From a virus (taxonomy: Duplodnaviria > Caudoviricetes), in the IMG/VR virus record IMGVR_UViG_3300027780_001580, positions 1-64,000 of that record: a stretch of DNA of 64,000 nt. One strand, 5' to 3'. The notes beneath the pieces are model-generated. The model made no database searches, was not told where the DNA came from, and saw nothing but the letters and a program-made list of their open reading frames with translations. This document shows, one piece after another, positions 59,801 to 64,000 of the stretch (the first letter of the stretch is position 1; each line of letters starts with the position of its first letter). The translations under genes and the position numbers were made by a program.

Positions 59801-62800
59801 GTATCCAGCATATGCTCCTAGTAAGTTTATTGATAACACATACCAAACACCAACAGAAGTTATCCAAGGACATGACGGTAGTATTTTTGTAGCATATGGT
59901 GATTTTAGAGATGAGTTATTACTTGAATTAGAAAAAAGAATTTATAATAACTTAAAAGTAAAATACGACCCAGCATTATTTGACTTGCACGATTTTGTAG
60001 GTGGCGCCAATAGAAATACAGGTATTCCTAAATCGGCTTTAGACAAGGGTATGATTGCAGAGTTTATTGATTGGCTTGCAGTTGTAGGTAACGCAGACTA
60101 TACAGACTATTCATTCTACGACACAACAAACAGTTTTACTTTTAATTACAGTTCTACTAACAATAACATAGGTAACACTAACCCTGGTTTTTGGAGAGCA
60201 GTATATAAACAAGCATTTGATACAGATCGCCCTCATACACATCCATGGGAAATGTTAGGTATAAGTGTTAAGCCAACTTGGTGGGACGCTGAATACGGAT
60301 TAGCACCATACACAAGTGAAAACAAAATACTATGGAAAGACATCGAAGATGGTCTGTTAAGAACTCCAGGTGCACCTCCAAAATACTTAAAGCATTATAA
60401 GAGACCTGCCCTTACTAAATGGATACCTGTTGATGAAGGTGGAAATTTAATAAGTCCTGTAGATTCTAACTATGCACAAGAGTTTGTGCTAGGCTCAACA
60501 AAAAATGCTTTTAAATTTGGAGATGAATCCCCAACAGAAACTGCTTGGAGAAGAAGTTCAGAGTACCCATTTGCATTAATAATTTCCTTAATCTTAAATC
60601 AACCTAGTAAAGTTATAGGGCTTGGTTGGGATAGAAGTAGAATTATTAGAGATAGTGCAGGAACTGTTGTTTACAAGCCAACTGGAAAACGTTTAAGATT
60701 AGAAGATTTAGTATTTCCAAATACTACTTCAGATGCAACTAGAGTAAACACATGTGGACTTGTAAACGTAATTGCAAACTATTTAAACAGTAGAGATGTT
60801 AATGTTTATTCTGCTTATCAAACAAACTTAAAATCTATTGATAACAAACTAGGAATTAAAATAGGCGGCTTTACTGAAAAGAGTAAGTTTAAGTTAATCC
60901 TTGATTCAAGAACTCCTTACAATGAAGGCAATGTTTTTGTACCAGATGAAAATTATCAGATATTTTTAAACACAAGTTCGCTAACAGAGTTAGTAACTTA
61001 CAGTGGTGTAATTATTGAGAAGAAAGCTGAAGGATTTATTATTAGAGGCTATGATAATGTTAATCCTTACTTTAAATGGTTTACGCCAACACCTAAAGCA
61101 GATGATCCGTTTGTAACAATCGGCGGAATTAGTGACGATTTTGTAGTATGGGCAGAGAAACAACGATATGTTGAAGGTGCAATTATACAGTTTAGCAATA
61201 ACTTTTATGTTGCTAAAGAAAATCACACAACTGATGCAACAGGATTTAATCAAGAGTTGTATCAAAGACTACCAGACCTTCCGTTAAGAGGCGGCCGTTC
61301 AGCGTTCTTTAGACGCTCATTCAATACTGAATTAGTTAAAGAGCCAGCAGAATTAGCGTATGGTACTATGTACAAGACTGAGCAAGAAGTTGTTGACTTT
61401 TTACTAGGGTATAGTAAGTATTTAGAAAGCATTGGCTTTACATTTAACAATTACAATGATAATATTAAAGAAGTAGAAAATTGGAGAGTAAGTGCTAAAG
61501 AATTCTTATTCTGGACAACGCAGAACTGGGCAGAAAATAGTGTTATTGCACTTAGCCCTGGTGCTAACCAATTAAACTTTTACAGAACGCACAATGTAGC
61601 AGATAATATCTTTGATACATTTTATGACTACAGTTTGTTAAAAGCAGACGGTAAGAAATTAATTCAGGAATATGCAAGAGTAGCTAGAAACGACGATAAC
61701 GAATTTGAATTAAAAACTAGAAATACAGGTGATGGAATTTACAACATTAATATTCCGTTAGTGCAAAAAGAACACGTTGTAATACTTGATAATACTACAG
61801 TATTCAAAGATGTAATTTATGATCAAGCACCGGGTTACCGTCAAGCAAGATTAAAAGTTATGGGATATAGAACTGATGCTTGGACAGGCGGATTTAATAT
61901 TCCAGGATTTATATATGACTCTGCTAAAACAACAGTATGGGAAACATGGAATGATTATGCAGTAGGCGACACAGTTAAGTACAAAGAATTTTATTACGTT
62001 GCAAAGGTAAAAATTCCTGGAACAAATATATTTGATAATAAAGACTGGGAGAAACTAGAAGTTCGTCCTGAAGCAGGGTTAAAAGCAAACTTAGATTATA
62101 AAGCAAAACAGTTTGGCGACTTTTATGACCTTGATACAGATAACTTTGATAGTGAGCAACAGCGCCTGGCACAGCATTTAATTGGATATCAAAAGCGTAA
62201 GTATTTAGAAAACATTATTAATGATGATGTTTCACAGTACAAATTTTATCAAGGCTTTATTCAAGATAAAGGTACAAAGAATAGTTTAACTAAATTGTTT
62301 GATGCATTGTCTAATACAGATGCAGATAGCTTAGACTTTTATGAAGAATGGGCATTTAGATTAGGACAGTATGGATCATCAACAGCGTTTGACGAAGTTG
62401 AATATACACTAGACGAAGCAAATTTTAGACTAAGTCCACAACCTATTGAACTAGTAGACACAGTATCAGGAACTGAAACTGATCTAATATATAGAATTAG
62501 ACCTTTTGAAACTTATTTAAAACCTCAACAGTATAATCATAAGCCGTTTCCAACCAGAAACATTCAGAAAAATGCATTACCAACAGCAGGATATGTTAAT
62601 CCGCAAGATGTAAAACTTTCTGTAGCAACATATGACGACATATTAACACAAACAGTATCAGCACTTAATGTTGGTGATTATGTTTGGATTGGTAAACGTG
62701 GTATTACATGGGACGTTGTAAAGTATAATAGAACTGATGATAGAGTGTTAGCTGTACAGACAACTACTAATGCTGGAATAACTGAATTTGTATTAACGTT

Positions 62801-64000
62801 ATCAAAACAATCAAACTATATAATTGACGAAATTATTGGTATTGTTGATGTTGAAGGTGCTGAAAAGTTTTACAAAGTTAAGCGTAACGAACTAGATACA
62901 TTAATTTGTTATCCAAACGGTGAAACTGAAGATGCTGAATTAACAAACGGATTTGTTACTAGATTTACTTCTAATAGAATCTCTGGATTTAATTCTGCAA
63001 ACTTGTTATTGTCAAATTATAATAACGATTTACAAGTTGGAGAAACTATTTGGATTGATACTGATATTAACAACGAATGGTTAGTATTGAAAAACGATCC
63101 AGTACATGTTCAGCAACAAGTTATTTCCAATATTAAAACTAGTGACTCGTCAGTAGAGTTTGGAACAGTTATTGCCGCTGACTCAAGAAATACAACACTT
63201 GCAATTGGTGCGTATGGAAACAACGCAGTATACCTATTTGGTAGAAATACTGATACAGTTGAGTTTACACATCTTCAAACAATTGAAGCACCTGGAACAT
63301 CGTACTATGCAGGCAACGGAAACTTTGGTAAGGCAGTTGCTATATCAGAAGATGCTGAGTTTTTAGTAATTGGCGCTCCACAAGCAAGTAATGTTAAGAC
63401 ATTGTACGAAGGAGAGTTTTCAGACGCTACTAATTACACAGCAAAAGATATTGTATCATACCAACAAGCAATATGGTCAGCTAACTATGACATTGGATCA
63501 GCATCTGGTGTGTTTAATTTTCCTAGTTATTATACTTCACATGATATTGCAGTTGCAAGTTATGCAGACGGAGCATATCCAGAAACAGTATATGCAATTA
63601 GAGGACGCTACAGTTTTGACGGTGCAACAGATCACATATTAGTTAGAGCACCAGTAAACCCATATGAAGGCTCAGCTGTTAATGACACAATTAGCTTACA
63701 ATGGAATCAGTATTCGCAAAACTATCCAAATGGTGTTTTACCGTTTGGTGTTAACGGCCCAGGCACAGCAAGTTTTGAAGGCACAAAAACTATTGTTGCA
63801 AAAATTGATGCTATTCTTTATGTTGAAAACTTATTAAGAATTCCAACAGTTGGCGATATTATTTCAACTAGTACTGGTATTGGTACAGTTCAAGATATTC
63901 TTATTGACAATGTTAGCACAGGAATGATATATGTATCAGATGTTAATGGAGCGTTTGAAGCTTCAGGAACACTAGTTACAAATAGTGTTAGTATGGGAAC
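56844..64000 (+). CDS. Giant baseplate/virion structural protein (>2380 aa, truncated; gp7-like position)
   Basis: Not in the track because it has no stop. ATG at 56844 (MAFNDNQSDNALPVG...LPKYFRTDSNKKFLSATLDQL). The frame was checked open at several points and at the window end. Contains TDRPHTHPWEMLG and FG-GAP-like repeats near 63150-63380. Confidence 0.85.
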   Translation, partial: MAFNDNQSDNALPVGANQSKRTSADHLPKYFRTDSNKKFLSATLDQLLNPGVAEKISAYYGRRIAKARTASDNYVSDVNADRENYQFEPATVIQDELDNVTFYKDYNDYKNQIKAFNGTVSNDSVLNRQEYYAWNPHVNWDKFTNFREYYWLPNGPIGIGVAGQAKDIDSTFTVTSEDNLDNTAYVFSPDGKTQNPSLKLFRGQTYTFILNTPGMPLTFRTQRSLDSEVLYTDGIDDSTQTTDIGTITFRVDINAPDTLYYINGNDINTSGLIKIYDVVENSSIDVDAEIIGKQEYTMSNGYKLSNGMKLYFQGTVTPAKYAQGEWYVEGVGEKIKLVSDENVMIPGTYATDKPVPFDSDAFDRLPFSNANSFAGSKDYVCMNKSSNDLNPWARYNRWTHKTVIEATATINGIIPEIDQANRAKRPIIEFNENIKLYKFGTYAKTNVDLIDTYTTDVFSTVEGALGYNIDDVEVADDMRVLFTADPDSFVSGKIFKIKYITHNNVRQISLIEETDTTPLLNEVVLVESGTTNKGKMWYYDGTKWCLAQEKTAINQTPMFDLFDSNGVTYSNATTYKSTTFTGNKLFSYKQGTGTNDVELGFPISYRALQNTGDIEFDFNLLNSTFTYQENNAVVSVNSDKGVLRQYSDRETFAYVSGWTKGSAESKQLVNRQYIVTTQFNDFAIDVYDRSGDLNDLWVRAYVNDKRKLELTDFVINRINGVAYVTFTKDLKEHDNVVIKTNSATTKNSNGVYEFPINFERNPKNENIASFTLGEVNDHVESITEYRDDWTGTFPGTSNLRDLGNLSAYGHRFTQHSGLTNLALYHITDKNANIIKALKFGRKEYGKFRRTFLQTAETLGFDGQTRVHFDKVLSALNLNKTNDMPFYFSDMIGHGISNVITHKVYDADQAYYSLTSDFSLTTPTNTAISVYRNDALLTHGDDYEFEVGFEGFIKFLKVLTVNDVITVYEYENTDGSFIPETPTKLGLYPAYAPSKFIDNTYQTPTEVIQGHDGSIFVAYGDFRDELLLELEKRIYNNLKVKYDPALFDLHDFVGGANRNTGIPKSALDKGMIAEFIDWLAVVGNADYTDYSFYDTTNSFTFNYSSTNNNIGNTNPGFWRAVYKQAFDTDRPHTHPWEMLGISVKPTWWDAEYGLAPYTSENKILWKDIEDGLLRTPGAPPKYLKHYKRPALTKWIPVDEGGNLISPVDSNYAQEFVLGSTKNAFKFGDESPTETAWRRSSEYPFALIISLILNQPSKVIGLGWDRSRIIRDSAGTVVYKPTGKRLRLEDLVFPNTTSDATRVNTCGLVNVIANYLNSRDVNVYSAYQTNLKSIDNKLGIKIGGFTEKSKFKLILDSRTPYNEGNVFVPDENYQIFLNTSSLTELVTYSGVIIEKKAEGFIIRGYDNVNPYFKWFTPTPKADDPFVTIGGISDDFVVWAEKQRYVEGAIIQFSNNFYVAKENHTTDATGFNQELYQRLPDLPLRGGRSAFFRRSFNTELVKEPAELAYGTMYKTEQEVVDFLLGYSKYLESIGFTFNNYNDNIKEVENWRVSAKEFLFWTTQNWAENSVIALSPGANQLNFYRTHNVADNIFDTFYDYSLLKADGKKLIQEYARVARNDDNEFELKTRNTGDGIYNINIPLVQKEHVVILDNTTVFKDVIYDQAPGYRQARLKVMGYRTDAWTGGFNIPGFIYDSAKTTVWETWNDYAVGDTVKYKEFYYVAKVKIPGTNIFDNKDWEKLEVRPEAGLKANLDYKAKQFGDFYDLDTDNFDSEQQRLAQHLIGYQKRKYLENIINDDVSQYKFYQGFIQDKGTKNSLTKLFDALSNTDADSLDFYEEWAFRLGQYGSSTAFDEVEYTLDEANFRLSPQPIELVDTVSGTETDLIYRIRPFETYLKPQQYNHKPFPTRNIQKNALPTAGYVNPQDVKLSVATYDDILTQTVSALNVGDYVWIGKRGITWDVVKYNRTDDRVLAVQTTTNAGITEFVLTLSKQSNYIIDEIIGIVDVEGAEKFYKVKRNELDTLICYPNGETEDAELTNGFVTRFTSNRISGFNSANLLLSNYNNDLQVGETIWIDTDINNEWLVLKNDPVHVQQQVISNIKTSDSSVEFGTVIAADSRNTTLAIGAYGNNAVYLFGRNTDTVEFTHLQTIEAPGTSYYAGNGNFGKAVAISEDAEFLVIGAPQASNVKTLYEGEFSDATNYTAKDIVSYQQAIWSANYDIGSASGVFNFPSYYTSHDIAVASYADGAYPETVYAIRGRYSFDGATDHILVRAPVNPYEGSAVNDTISLQWNQYSQNYPNGVLPFGVNGPGTASFEGTKTIVAKIDAILYVENLLRIPTVGDIISTSTGIGTVQDILIDNVSTGMIYVSDVNGAFEASGTLVTNSVSMG

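Noticed and set aside
1-64000. Stop-codon reassignment
   Set aside because: Core genes are full length under the standard code, and TAA, TAG and TGA all end genes.
1-64000. tRNA genes
   Set aside because: No cloverleaf with a T-loop GTTCRA was seen in any intergenic gap.

Overview
This window is a segment of a large, AT-rich, T4-like myovirus genome read with the standard genetic code. Its capsid, portal and baseplate sequences recall the Rak2/GAP32/Atu_ph07-type jumbo and uncultured marine phages; that is my recollection, not a database result. From left to right it carries: (1) a sugar-modification cassette (methyltransferase, NodU-type carbamoyltransferase, SGNH-like protein, GT9-like glycosyltransferase) joined to three Cys/Gly-rich adhesin-like paralogs and two fibre chaperones; (2) two giant paralogous fibre proteins and several smaller virion proteins; (3) the head module (gp23, gp22, gp21, acidic core protein, gp20) and a tape measure; (4) a gp26-like chaperone with a -1 frameshift signal; (5) putative internal head proteins; (6) a GIY-YIG nuclease, gp46/gp47 and the gp55 late sigma factor; (7) the baseplate module (gp53-, gp27-, gp5-, gp25- and gp6-like genes and a >2380-aa ORF running off the end). 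The most interesting signals are non-coding: a ~430-nt structured minus-strand RNA directly downstream of the GIY-YIG gene, followed by DNA mini-hairpins; a textbook -1 frameshift element at 38869-38915; two structured late-gene leaders; and a promoter-to-terminator small RNA unit behind the capsid gene.
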